Source of the DNA: Azolla caroliniana | Taxonomy: Eukaryota; Plantae; Polypodiophyta | Length of the DNA stretch: 64,000 nucleotides | Assembly (NCBI GenBank): GCA_043228905.1 | Contig: JBHGNT010000015.1 | Span: 12,090,001-12,154,000, forward strand | Reading direction: 5' to 3' | In this document: positions 37,301 through 48,050 of the stretch, piece by piece | Layout: the number at the start of each line of letters is the position of its first letter | How positions within the stretch are numbered: the stretch's first letter is position 1 | The notes under the pieces: generated by a model | The model's database searches: none | What the model was told of the DNA's origin: nothing | What the model saw: the letters and a program-made list of their open reading frames with translations, nothing else | Program-made: the position numbers and the translations under genes

Positions 37301-40300
37301 CTCCACCTTTGGATTAATTTGAGCAGGTTTCTGAACCACATATGGGAGATGACCAATTCTTGAGGGCTGCAGAACAACGATACAAGGGCTTTTTGGAGTT
37401 GTTCAGAATGACCAATGCCAGTTTCTTTCTCGTTCCAACTTATGACATTGACTTGATATGGCATGCTCACCAGCTTGATCCCATAGCTTACAACAAAGAC
37501 ATCACACAGATTCTCGGAAGAGTTCTAGGGCATGATGATTCTGATTCCGACCGAACCCCTGGCCATAAGCTACAACAAGGTTTTGATCAAACTTGTAAGT
37601 TATGGCTTGAAACCTATGGTATCATATACGAGCGAGCTGGTGCCATGTACAGAGGTGAGCCTCCAAGTGCAATTCCCAGGTCAATGTCATTACAAAGCAT
37701 GCTTCCTGAAGTTGTGGGAACCCCACTAGACTATACACCGATTGCAAGCCGGAAATTAATGAAAGTATGTATGGTTGCTTCTTACTTCCCTTCCTAACTT
37801 TGCGATCTCCTTGACGGGAACATGTTTTGTATTCCTTTCTCCCTCTTATAAGCATATTTACTGACTCTTTGAGCACAGGTGTTTCTGGCGGTAGTTGCAG
37901 CTCGGAATGTTCCGACCAGCCAAAAGGGCAAGCTGACCGTCAGGTTGCAGATGCAGCGTAAAGCCAGTTCCTTTCAGTTGGATACTCCAGCTGCACCATT
38001 ATCATCAGAAGTAACATGGAACCAAAAATGGACATTTGGAGTTGAAATATCAACAAAAGGCTTAATCTTGGTGTTGCGACTTCGGCGTTCGAATACAATT
38101 AAACAGATATTGCAATTTAAGCGTCCTCGTACCAAGGTTTTAGGGAAATTGCATCTTTCATGGAAGAAGGTGCTGGAATCCCCATCCCTTGCCTTCAACG
38201 GTTGGGTCAGTCTTGAGACCACCAATTCTCAGAAGCCAGAACCATCCCTGTTTATATCTGTATCTTTAACTCCTCCACAGCCGGCACCACAGTTGTTGCG
38301 TACCATCAACTCTATAGCCACCGACGACACAGGCACAATGCAAACTTGGGTTCGTAAACAGCCTGGACGCTGGTTAACTAGGACTGTACTAGACCATGCT
38401 AATAGGGAAGTCTTCATCATCCGTGTCAGGTATTTTATATAAATGATCAATAGCGAAATATTCATTCATTGAGTAAGCATTGTGTGTTTGGGAATGCAAG
38501 TATCTTTGATTTTGAATCATGAACAGTCAGCTGTGATCTACATCTCTGACTAGGTACTCTGGTGGAAAAAGCTTTGATTACAAACGAATAAATGAAAGTG
38601 AGAAGTGCATTTACATTCATCAAGGTGGCTGGCAGTACAACGATCGTACTGATAAAGGGACTGCTCCAGGTACTGTGAATGAGTGTACTACTTCCAAGAC
38701 AGTTTCTAAATAATAATAACCTCTAAATTGTTTCTACTTATCTTCATACAACCCAGTCGGAGAATAGATAGTAAAAAGAAGCGAAGACACCCAGACGTCT
38801 GATTTTCGTTCCATAGCCAGACGCATCTTGGTGGTGGTTATTAGATTCTCTGTGACAAAGAGATATGGTAGTGGTAGTGTACGACTATACATATGTATGC
38901 GAGACTTGCACCTACCGTATCCTGATAGCTGGATGCGGTTCCTTGGGCCCGTGCTATGTTGCGGCTGCATCTCTATTCATGAAATATGAATCGTTTGAGT
39001 GACATGGAAACATGCTGGCAATGCCAATAGGTTAGGAAACCTACAGGCTTGAGTGGTATATGGAGCATATGATGACTGGACACTTCTTGTTTTCTCGCAG
39101 ATCAAGTTACATACTACCTTGGACAGTAATCGTGGCAATTTCCATTGCCTCTACCCAGTTTTCCTGACCTTTGATGCCTGTTTTTCATTATTCTTTTGTC
39201 CTCTGTTATCTCCTTCTTGTTTTTGCCCCTCAACCTTAGCAAAAATCACCATCCCCACTGTTGTCTCTGTTTTCTGCACAAGGCCTATGTTACTACATAT
39301 TTCTGAATATCCCCTGATACTGGAGTCAATAGATTCCTGCCTACCCCAACATGGTGTTGAAGGCCATAAGATGCCAACAGTATGGGAGATCATCAGACCA
39401 CACAAGCAAGAATTAGTGAGCACCTAAAATTTGCAGCATGCACACTGCCTTGTTATTGTTCATGTGTTCAATTTAGCCTAGCTAGTGGTGCATCTGAAGG
39501 CGTGGAATGAACACACTAGCATGATGGTGATAGACAAAGAAAAGCTACAGAGGGAATATATGCATAAATGACGAATTAAGTGCCTATGATTACATTGGCA
39601 CCTGGCCGCCCACGCGCTCATTTCACTTTCATCGAGGCCAAATGCATTCACCTGGGGACCATCTTTATTGTAAAACCACATTACACAACAAGGGGATGCT
39701 GGCAACTATGCAGTAAAGCATATATCCTTGCCTGCATTCAATTCGTGGCCCTACCAGCCCTCATGGATGTAAGGATGTGGTCTTCTTGGAACCCTTACCC
39801 TTGTGCACAAAAATGAGATTGAGAGCTTCCATCAAAAGAAAAAATTCTGCAAAAGCAGAGAATTTAGGTTCCAAAGTAATGAAAGGAGAAGTGAGAAATT
39901 TGGAAGCAAAGGTCTAAAAGTTTGCAGAAGCAGAAATGAAACATTTTGCAGAAGTAGGATGTCCAGAATTCTGAACACAAACCCATTGAAACGTACTATT
40001 GCCATCAAAGAAGAGATTCGTGTTGCTTTTCATTTCAGAGAACAAAAAACTCCATTAAATCGAAAACCAGTGAGTCTTTTCGTAAGCACCAATTTCAGTT
40101 AGAAAGAGTCACCTGACAACCATTTCTAGCTGTTTTCTGTGGAATGCAGTGCGACCATTCATACAATGCCTCTGCATATTAGTCTTATGATAATAATAAT
40201 AATAGTTGGCAGGTTTTGTTTCCATGTTATGCAGTCATCATCAAATAAGGCCATTATGAAGGATGTCCAAATGGTGGATCTGGATATATGTGTTATGTTC

Positions 40301-41938
40301 ATGAAGCATTCATTGCTCAAGCGCAGTGGAATGTAGCGATCACAGTCAAGGTGTCAAAGACATGTGTAAGCTGCTCAGCAACCATCTATGCTAACAATGG
40401 GCTGTACTAAATCTTCTCCAGAAAGGAAATAGTAGCTATTCCTCCCCCATAATGTGTTGGTCATACGTAAAGGGCATGAGGCTCGCGTAATGCATTAGGA
40501 TATTATTCAGCATGCTGGTGAAAACAAAGCTCACAATGAGTGAGGGTTTATTAGTGTAAACCCATGTTAGCAACATGCACTTTTTCATGATATATGTCAA
40601 GATATATTTGTAAGGTTTCTAAGAGATGAGACCTAGATATAAAACATCATGTGAAAGGAAATCTAAGGCATTTATAATTCCAGCCACAATCATTAATAAT
40701 CAGCTCAGTTTTGTGTATTTCAAGCAAAACCTCTGGCCCCACCCCCCATAATTCATCACATTTTGTAATCTGTTATGCTTTTATAATCATTTCCATAGCG
40801 TCACACATCCTCTTGTTGTACATGCAGCCAATATAGTGACAACTGCACATCAAATTGTGACTGGCCTAGAAACAAAAGAAGAATTATCCATGCAAAGATG
40901 TTGGGGTTTCTTTGGAAATAGTACCCAACTTATTGTGACCAGATCAAGAGCATCACCTGGCCAGATTTGGAGTCCTCTTCTAGAGCTTGATGGAAATCTC
41001 CGAAATCAGGTTTACATGCCACCCATAATGAGAAAGAAACATGATGGATGTTTCAATAGTAGACATTTGCATATATACTTTAAAGGGGTGCTCTTCTTTG
41101 CATGATACAGATAAGTCTAGAATGTGGTAGGAAACTAGAGTACGAGGTGAAAGGAGCAAGTGAAAAAGATGAAGCAGGTTTTGTGACTCTTATACGTTAT
41201 GACACCACTGATATGCCTTTTGGACGAGCAACAGCACTCTTCAATTGGAGAACCGGTGCCATGGAGGTTTAGTTTATATCATTGTCTCTAAATTAAATTG
41301 TTGTATACTTCCTTTTGTAACTCGTAGTTGTCAATGCTAACATTATCGGTGAATGCTCTAGGTCTCCCCGAATGAAAGTGTTATCCTTGTGTTACTATTG
41401 TCAACAATAATTTCCATGTCTGTATTTGACATGGAGGGTTTGGATGTTGAATTCAAGCCAAATCCTGCTTTTCCAAATCGATCGACGCAATCTTCTAATG
41501 AATGGGGTTAGTATAAATATGTCTGTCTATATCCAATAGATTTATCACAAGTCTACTGCTTTATTGTTTTAGCCATTTTCCCATGTGTGATGGGAGAAGG
41601 CTGATTTTGAAAGCAGGTCACCATAGATAAATATTTTGGTGAAATGTTTGAGATTCGTTTTTACAATTGTAGGCTCTGTTATCTTGAGAGGAAATACTTC
41701 ATCCACATCCATGATGCCATATTATTGTTGGTGGGGCATTTCACCAATTCTATGGGTCTACCAGTTTTATGACTATAACAATGTTCTTGTTGGAGCATCA
41801 GCATGTGTAGCTACTGGGGCATGCGGTGGCGGTGGCAGTGGTTGTGGTGGAACAGCTTGTGGCGGTGGCAGTGTTAGTGCCGGCGGTGGGGCCGGTTGTA
41901 CTGCAGTTTGTGGTGGTGGGGGTTGTGGTGTTGCTTGA
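34154..41938 (+). CDS. GRDP: Glycine-rich domain-containing protein (GRDP1/GRDP2-like, DUF1399), 10 exons, ~803 aa
   Basis: Exons 34154-34323, 34411-34549, 36993-37241, 37327-37764, 37879-38429, 38554-38669, 40828-41009, 41111-41266, 41362-41506 and 41673-41938. All introns are GT-AG and phase-consistent (2412 nt total). Motifs PPLDCEWVWLCHRLNP, RQSTFFYQVS, VPTYDIDLIWHAHQL, HDDSDSDR, GRKLEYE and a C-terminal GCGG tail match Arabidopsis GRDP1/2 as I recall them. Confidence 0.92.
34411..34549 (+). CDS. GRDP: GRDP-like exon 2
   Basis: YEECWLPLL...PPLDCEWVWLCHRLNP. Confidence 0.92.
35103..35414. repeat. ~85-bp direct repeat in GRDP intron 2
   Basis: gtttctacctgtttcagacactaggag...gacattgctttggg at ~35104 and ~35330. 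Confidence 0.8.
36993..37241 (+). CDS. GRDP: GRDP-like exon 3
   Basis: IIYARDCDHHYGRLL...FPHEPY...YDLHAAVARQSTFFYQ. Confidence 0.92.
37327..37764 (+). CDS. GRDP: GRDP-like exon 4
   Basis: VSEPHM...RYKGFL...VPTYDIDLIWHAHQL...HDDSDSDR...AGAMYRG. Confidence 0.93.
37879..38429 (+). CDS. GRDP: GRDP-like exon 5 (C2-like region)
   Basis: VFLAVVAARNVP...SVSLTPPQPAPQLL...GRWLTRTVLDHANREVFIIRV. Confidence 0.9.
38554..38669 (+). CDS. GRDP: GRDP-like exon 6
   Basis: YSGGKSF...IYIHQGGWQY...GTAP; phase-consistent splice sites. Confidence 0.8.
40828..41009 (+). CDS. GRDP: GRDP-like exon 7
   Basis: NIVTTAHQ...RCWGFFG...LDGNLRNQ. Confidence 0.8.
41111..41266 (+). CDS. GRDP: GRDP-like exon 8
   Basis: ISLECGRKLEYEV...GFVTLIRY...PFGRATALFNWRTGAME. 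Confidence 0.9.
41362..41506 (+). CDS. GRDP: GRDP-like exon 9
   Basis: VSPNESVILVLLLSTIISMSV...SNEW. Confidence 0.82.
41673..41938 (+). CDS. GRDP: GRDP-like exon 10 (Gly/Cys-rich tail)
   Basis: GSVIL...GACGGGGSGCGGTACGGG...CGGGGCGVA*. Confidence 0.88.
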
Positions 41939-43635
41939 TTGCAAGTTTTTATTACCTAGATTTGTTTCTCTTGTACAACAGTAGCATTGGAACCTATTGA
42001 CAATTGATCAATAATAAGTATATTAACTGTATATCTCCATGTATTCTTTTGGACACGTACTGACATGCAAACGCCGTTCTAGCTGAGTACTTCATGTATC
42101 GCGAACAACATACCTCAATCATTTCTGATGGATGCATCAAGGTCAGTTTCCTGGAATTAGTCAGCTGGATAATCGAACTAATGAGATTCTATCCTGGTGG
42201 TGAGTTGTGATACCTAGATCTGAAAGAAGAAATGATATGCATAGTTTTTTGCATGTGTGCATAGTGTTGAAGGATTTCCTAAAGTAGTTCATTCATGATC
42301 ACATTGGCTTTGATGCATGGAACCCCTCCTTATAGAGCTAGTATCGGGTCAACGCTCAAGCTTACATAGGAAACTTTTCTCCTTGTAATGAAAGACTTAT
42401 ATTTATAGGAGGAGAGCACAAAAGCTCAAGGACAGAGCTCATTTTGAAATCAAAATTGGGTTGACAAGAGCAGATTTGTGCAAAGTTTGGCAAAGGAATG
42501 GGCAAATGCCGGTTGTATGGAACATGTAGAGAATAGAGAGGGCATGTTATTGATTTGTTTGTAAAGCAATTCTCGAATTTGATGCACCAAGAGAGATTCC
42601 CAACAAGAGAGATTCCCAGTTGTGAACATGCGTGTGTTAATGGACCAAGAGAGATTCCCAACAAGTATCTTTGCATTTGATCTTGAAGAATCATTCTAGA
42701 ACCGTTTCACATTCTTGGCAAGCTGTTAAGGATGGAATGGGTCACGTTCAACAAAGTTCATTTAAATATAGCTACCTTAGAAATTGGCAAATTTGCTATT
42801 GACATTTTGCTCCCAAATTTGACCAAAACTTTGACCCCTTGAGACTTGCATTGCCACGTTCGTCACATTGCTTGAGTGGACCATTGTTCTGTGACCAATA
42901 AATGTGGGAGAATTATGATAAGAAGATCAAGGGCATGAGAAGACTGATTTCCCTCAACTGACATAAGACCTCTAGTGAACTCAATACATATGTTGTTCGC
43001 AAGAATGGCTATCCTCTAACATCTTGAATTCTTAGACATCATAGTCACAACCTAATGGTATGACTATTGATTGGCACTTGTTTACATGATCTTGGAACTC
43101 ATCAACAAGACACATACAAAAAAACAAACATGTTGTCCATAGGACAGAAATATAAATACATAATATGTAAACTCGCCGGTAGGTAGAAAAGTAGGTGAGG
43201 AAATAGGTAGAACTAGAATAAGTTGAGTTTTTTGCCCTCACAATCAGCTGATGGCTCGGCTCTGTCTAAAGAATAGAAATATATAAACCGAGATCTACAT
43301 ACCTCAAAAGGGGAGAGATCTAGATTATTTAGCGAGGTTAATATCGTGGCATTGAGCTCTGCACAAACTGTTTTCAGCCGAGAGCCGTGTACTGTGATCA
43401 CTGTGAGCTTTCTCATTTAATATAAGTCTCGTTCTTACTATTCCTTCATCTGTGTATTCTCCCCGTACTTGTAAACCGAGCTACGTCTATGACTAACGGG
43501 TTGTAGCCTGTGTACGCTCCTCGTTCCCATAACATCTTCTCGGTGCAGAAGAGGCTTCCACGTAACACGACCCCTTGATACCGATAGCCTGTGGGCTCAT
43601 CGAAGGTGTTTCCCCCAGAAACGGTTAACACAATT

Positions 43636-43648
43636 TGGCACGCCCGGT
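43636..43648 (+). promoter_or_regulatory. Primer-binding site, probably tRNA-Arg
   Basis: TGGCACGCCCGGT begins 5 nt after the LTR end. It matches the complement of the plant tRNA-Arg(UCU) 3' end as I recall it. Confidence 0.8.
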
Positions 43649-43955
43649 TAAAACTGTAAGGTCACAACAAACTACGTAGGAGGCAAACCTCAGCCGCCAT
43701 TACGGCGCCCAATCGCATCACGCGGTCTCGGCCACCTGCCCGACACCCTGAGCCAGTTGAAGGAACTTCCGACTCGGCGGTCACTGACCAATATTTCCAG
43801 GACCTATTAGAGGCTCACTGGTTGCAATCCTCACCACTCGATACCCAGTCGCGAGTTGATTCCGCACCAACCTCCCCCCGCCAAGCCCTCCAGAGGTCAC
43901 CCAACTTGACCCTAACCCTTTTCGGGCTTTACCTGAAGACTCGGATCTCGATACC

Positions 43956-45110
43956 ATGCATTACCCTTATCCACAATATACAGATGGCCCCGACGCGGAA
44001 TCACACACTCGTGCTTTCATGTCCACATGGCAGGCCAACCACTCGACGCAGTGGTTATCGGCTACCGAAATCAAGTTCTCCAAAATCACGGAATTTGCTC
44101 TATCCCTCGATGGGCCGACTGCTCGATGGTATTCCCACCTCGACGTGGGGGAGGTCACAACATTCCAAGACGTCCGAACAAAGTTTCTAGAATTATTTCA
44201 CCGCGAAGTTCCGAAGCGTGAACTGCTTCGGCAGTTCTTTTCCATGAGCCAAGAACCTCACGAGACGGTCGCCCAGTTCACGATCCAGTTTCAGGATCTC
44301 TACCGACAACTGGCCGACGATGTCTCCGCTCATCACATTCCGGCTACCTTCCTTTCTAGCTTACGGGAGCCTCTACGGACGACTCTCGCACTTACCAATT
44401 TCTCTAACCAGACGATCGAGCAAGTCATCGCACGATTCCTCTCCATGGGCTCTTTGCAAAGCACCCTTCCTCAGGAGGACAAATGTTTCCGACAAGCCCT
44501 TCGATGCACCGCCTTCTCGGGCTCACGCCATCTAGCTCTCGAGTGCCCTCACCGGCTACATTGTCCAATCTGTCAGTCCTGATCCCACACGATCGAACAA
44601 TGCAAATACAACATGCTCAATCGCGCAACGACAGCTCCGGTTCGCTAGATCAAGCCTCGAAATACATACTCACGGTAGGACGAACGTCAGTCATACCAAC
44701 ATCGGGAGAACGAGCGACCACGATCCCCGGATCGTCAGCGCCGCGACGACGACCGCTACCGCCACGACAACCGCCATGACCAATACCGCGATGACCAATA
44801 TAGAGCAAACGATGAGTATGACCGGTACGATGACGACCGGGATGACCGGTACGATCAACGGTATTCACGAAACGATAGAAGAAACTCGTACAGAGGTTCG
44901 TGGAACAATCGACGGCATAACGACAATCGTCGTCGGGACCCCCCTCCAAACGTACCGCACAACTCTCTTCCCCATAACGCGCCACGGGCCAACACGCCTA
45001 CACAAGCGGCCCGAAACCGCTCACAACCTTTCCCACACACTGAGCACAGTGACACCAGCAACTCGGCATTTGTTACCTGCTTTAAGTGTAACGAGACGAC
45101 GCATCAATCG
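43956..45110 (+). pseudogene. Gypsy-type gag with in-frame stops: capsid-like region, Zn knuckles and an R/D/Y-rich tract
   Basis: FALSLDGPTARWYS...VRTKFLELF...MSQEPHETVAQFTIQFQDL, then CPICQS*SHTIEQC, then DDDRYRHDNRHDQYRDDQY..., then a truncated CFKCNETTH. Confidence 0.85.
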
Positions 45111-45501
45111 CGAGTCGACCACAGAACCGGAGGGGACCCAACATCAAAAATCAAAGGAGGCCAGCCTGACCTCCACGGCCATGGTACCAGTAGAGTCATG
45201 GCTCCAAGTAGGTAGGATCGAGCATGGACAAACAACGCAGATATCAGAGGAGGAAGTCCTCGGTTACAAAGACCTCCCCGTAGAGGCATACGAGTTTAGT
45301 GCACTACTTCGACTAGGCACAACATATGAGTTAATGGATTTCCTCGCGCACGCCCAAGTAGCTGCCGCCGCTCGTATGGCCGAGGAGCACACGAAAACCA
45401 AGATGACCCAACGCGCTCTAATGGGAGAAATCGAACCACACGAGGATCGCGCCTTATAGAAGATAGGGCGGAAGAAGCAAGCACAAAATGCTTCTCTCCT
45501 C

Positions 45502-47049
45502 ATGGAGTTACCAGATCTGAACACGACCTTAGTCGAGGCATATCGAAATCTGCATCACACAACTCAGGCAGTCAATGACATGGCCCAACGTATCAAAACG
45601 ACACAACAGCAAGCCAAACGGGCCACCGAGTTATGGCAAGCCGCCGAGCAGAAACTGGTGTCATTAGAGCAGCAACATCAAGAACAACCGCCCTTAAGCC
45701 TCCTTGCCCCAAGAAACGATGTCCCACTAGCCCCTCTACCGAACCCGAGCCTGAGTGTTATTGTTACTGAAGCACACAACGACAACACAGCTCACCCCAG
45801 GGTAGCCACGGTCGATGCAAGCACAATGACGGATTCGTTACAGACAAGCAAGACATCGTCACGGGTAGATAAAAGCCCGCACCCCCAAACCAGCCACGCT
45901 TCCACGCAAACGCCACCACCACTTGTTGTCATGGAAAGATCTACACAGACGGACAGGGAACCCACTCCCCGGAACCAGCAAGCTACAACCCAGACAGGGC
46001 CTCCCCTCCATGACTACCAAGAGGAGCTTAAGGCCCAGATTGCTCTGGCCGAGTTAGCAGAACAAAACCACAACAACATTATTAGCCAACTATGGGAACA
46101 AGCAGCGGGCCGTGAAACTGACCTCAAGCGACTGCTTGCTGAAAGCTCGGCCGCACTCAAAGGACAAGAAAGAGAGGTGATGAACCTGCAGGTCTCTATC
46201 ACCAAGACCAAAGAACGATTCATCAAAGAAGGAAAGCGGAATAGCCAATGGGAACGCGAGCTATTCGCAAACAACCAGGAATTACGCTGTCAACAAAGGG
46301 CATTACAAGAATTGGCAAACGAACACATGCAAACGTGGAGGATCTCTGAAGAGCAAAGGGCGAAAATTTCCAATGCTTATCACCAATTGCAAACAGAGGA
46401 CATCGCCGCCAGGGAACGACAACAGGACGCTTGGAGACAGGAAATGGACGAAACTGTAGCTCAGCTCACCAAACCTTACAAGCAGACAATCGTGCTTGTA
46501 ACTGCAAAAGCAAAAGAAAACCAAGCTACTCTGGCGCTCCTCATCCGCAAATTCCAAGAAGACGCCAAGGCCGCAAGGGAGGAAGTGGAAGTTCACCGAG
46601 CTAGCATCGGCATGGACGATACTAAAATAAATATCCTAATCAATAAATATCACCAGCAATTCACCAAGAAGATCGAGGAAACGCTCAATTGGGTATGGCA
46701 AGAATGGTCAGCCCAAGCCGTTGAACTACACATATTATGCGCGGATGTCGAGAACCGAAGGAAGGAGGGCCGAGGGTTTTACAAGATGGATGACACCAGC
46801 ATCCAGACCCTCCGTGAAGACTTGACTGAGGAATATCATACCTTAGCAGCATCCCACATCGCGGCCATCGAGCAACTTCTAGAGGAATTCAACGACGATC
46901 AAATGATGTTCCGTTTAGACGCTGAAGCTTACGAGGAGGAACGCCTAGCTACCGTGACTAACAAAGCTCCCACGACCGATGAGCACGAACCCAAGCCACC
47001 CACCACGGAAGCTAGACAGGATATCCTCTGCATATTAGAAGAGGATTAA
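45502..47049 (+). CDS. Element-encoded coiled-coil protein of unknown function; the frame extends upstream to ~45100 through one TAG
   Basis: 515-aa intronless ORF between the LTRs, with E/Q/K/A-rich heptad-like helices and a T/Q/P linker containing repeated S/T-T-Q-T motifs. Same frame as ORF 44776-45459. Confidence 0.7.
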   Translation: MELPDLNTTLVEAYRNLHHTTQAVNDMAQRIKTTQQQAKRATELWQAAEQKLVSLEQQHQEQPPLSLLAPRNDVPLAPLPNPSLSVIVTEAHNDNTAHPRVATVDASTMTDSLQTSKTSSRVDKSPHPQTSHASTQTPPPLVVMERSTQTDREPTPRNQQATTQTGPPLHDYQEELKAQIALAELAEQNHNNIISQLWEQAAGRETDLKRLLAESSAALKGQEREVMNLQVSITKTKERFIKEGKRNSQWERELFANNQELRCQQRALQELANEHMQTWRISEEQRAKISNAYHQLQTEDIAARERQQDAWRQEMDETVAQLTKPYKQTIVLVTAKAKENQATLALLIRKFQEDAKAAREEVEVHRASIGMDDTKINILINKYHQQFTKKIEETLNWVWQEWSAQAVELHILCADVENRRKEGRGFYKMDDTSIQTLREDLTEEYHTLAASHIAAIEQLLEEFNDDQMMFRLDAEAYEEERLATVTNKAPTTDEHEPKPPTTEARQDILCILEED

Positions 47050-47139
47050 AACAAACCCATAAGCCCATGTATAAATGGGCAACTTTTGTAAACTTTTTTG
47101 TTTTTGCAAAATCCGTGGTTATACCTCCACATTGTGAAT

Positions 47140-47182
47140 CGTGGGTCCGACGGACAAAGTCCTGTCCCACGGGCGTGCCAGG
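47140..47182 (+). other. tRNA 3'-end-like sequence and hairpin at the PPT position
   Basis: cGTGGGTCCGA-cggacaaagtcct-GTCCCACGGGCGTGCCA-gg directly precedes the 3' LTR. Its last 11 nt to CCA are the exact reverse complement of the PBS. Confidence 0.8.
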
Positions 47183-47930
47183 TGTTGTCCATAGGCCAGA
47201 AATATAAATACATAATATGTAAACTCGTCGGTAAGTAGAAAAGTAGGTGAGGAAATAGGTAGAAGTAGAATAAATCGACTTTTTAGCCCTCACAATCAGC
47301 CGATGGCTCGGCTCTGTCTAAAGAAGAGAAATATATAAACCGAGATTTGCATACCTCGAAGGGGGAGAGATCTAGATTATTTAGCGAGGTTAATATCGTG
47401 GCACTGACCTTTGCACAAACTGTTTTCAGCCGAGAGCCGTGTACTGTGATCACTGTGAGCTTTCTCATTTAATATAAGTCTCGTTCTTATTGTTCCTTCA
47501 TCTGTGTATTCTCCCTGTACTCGTAAACCGAGCTACGTCTATGACTAACGGGTTGTAGCCCGTGTACGCTCCTCGTTACCATAACGTCTTCTCGGTGCAG
47601 AAGAGGCTTCCACGTAACACGACCCCTTGATACCGATAGCTTGTGGCCTCATCGAAGGTGTTTCCCCTAGAAACGGTTAACAAAACATAGCTACATCCAT
47701 ACAAACAATTCTAAAATTTAATTTTTTAATTTAAAAAAAATAGAACAATTAGTAAAAATAAAAATAAAAATAAGATAAAAAACATTAGAAAATTTTTGTT
47801 GCGTCATTGCGTGATGACTAAAGCATGCCGCTTTCTGCATCACACAATGACACAATTAGTGACCCTATTATGTAGTCGTGTGATTGTGAAAATTTCCTTC
47901 ATGATCCTTGCTAGTCTTCGATGAGCAGCA

Positions 47931-48016
47931 TGTTGTAGACAAGGTCGTCTGATGCGGAAGGTCAAATAGCATTCGATTCGTGTTGAGTACCTGCGTATGA
48001 CAGTTTCTGAGATCGT

Positions 48017-48050
<34 letters not shown>

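Larger units (their letters stand above)
43131..47682 (+). mobile_element. Non-autonomous Ty3/Gypsy-type LTR element: gag plus an extra coiled-coil ORF, no pol, no PPT
   Basis: 500-bp LTRs at 43131-43630 and 47183-47682 (about 27 mismatches by eye). TSD AAACA at 43126-43130 and 47683-47687. PBS TGGCACGCCCGGT at 43636-43648. No PR, RT, RH or IN motifs seen. Confidence 0.92.

Noticed and set aside
38734-40336. Small ORFs inside GRDP intron 6 as a nested gene
   Set aside because: No recognisable domains or consistent exon structure.
42340-42720. Possible LINE remnant or ORF downstream of GRDP
   Set aside because: No convincing RT or endonuclease motif seen by eye; needs a profile search.
45502-47049. 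Possible host myosin/SMC-like gene
   Set aside because: Intronless and enclosed by paired LTRs with a TSD, so treated as element cargo.
47140-47180. A genuine tRNA gene
   Set aside because: No A-box, D-arm or anticodon arm is recognisable, the CCA is encoded, and the T-loop is interrupted.
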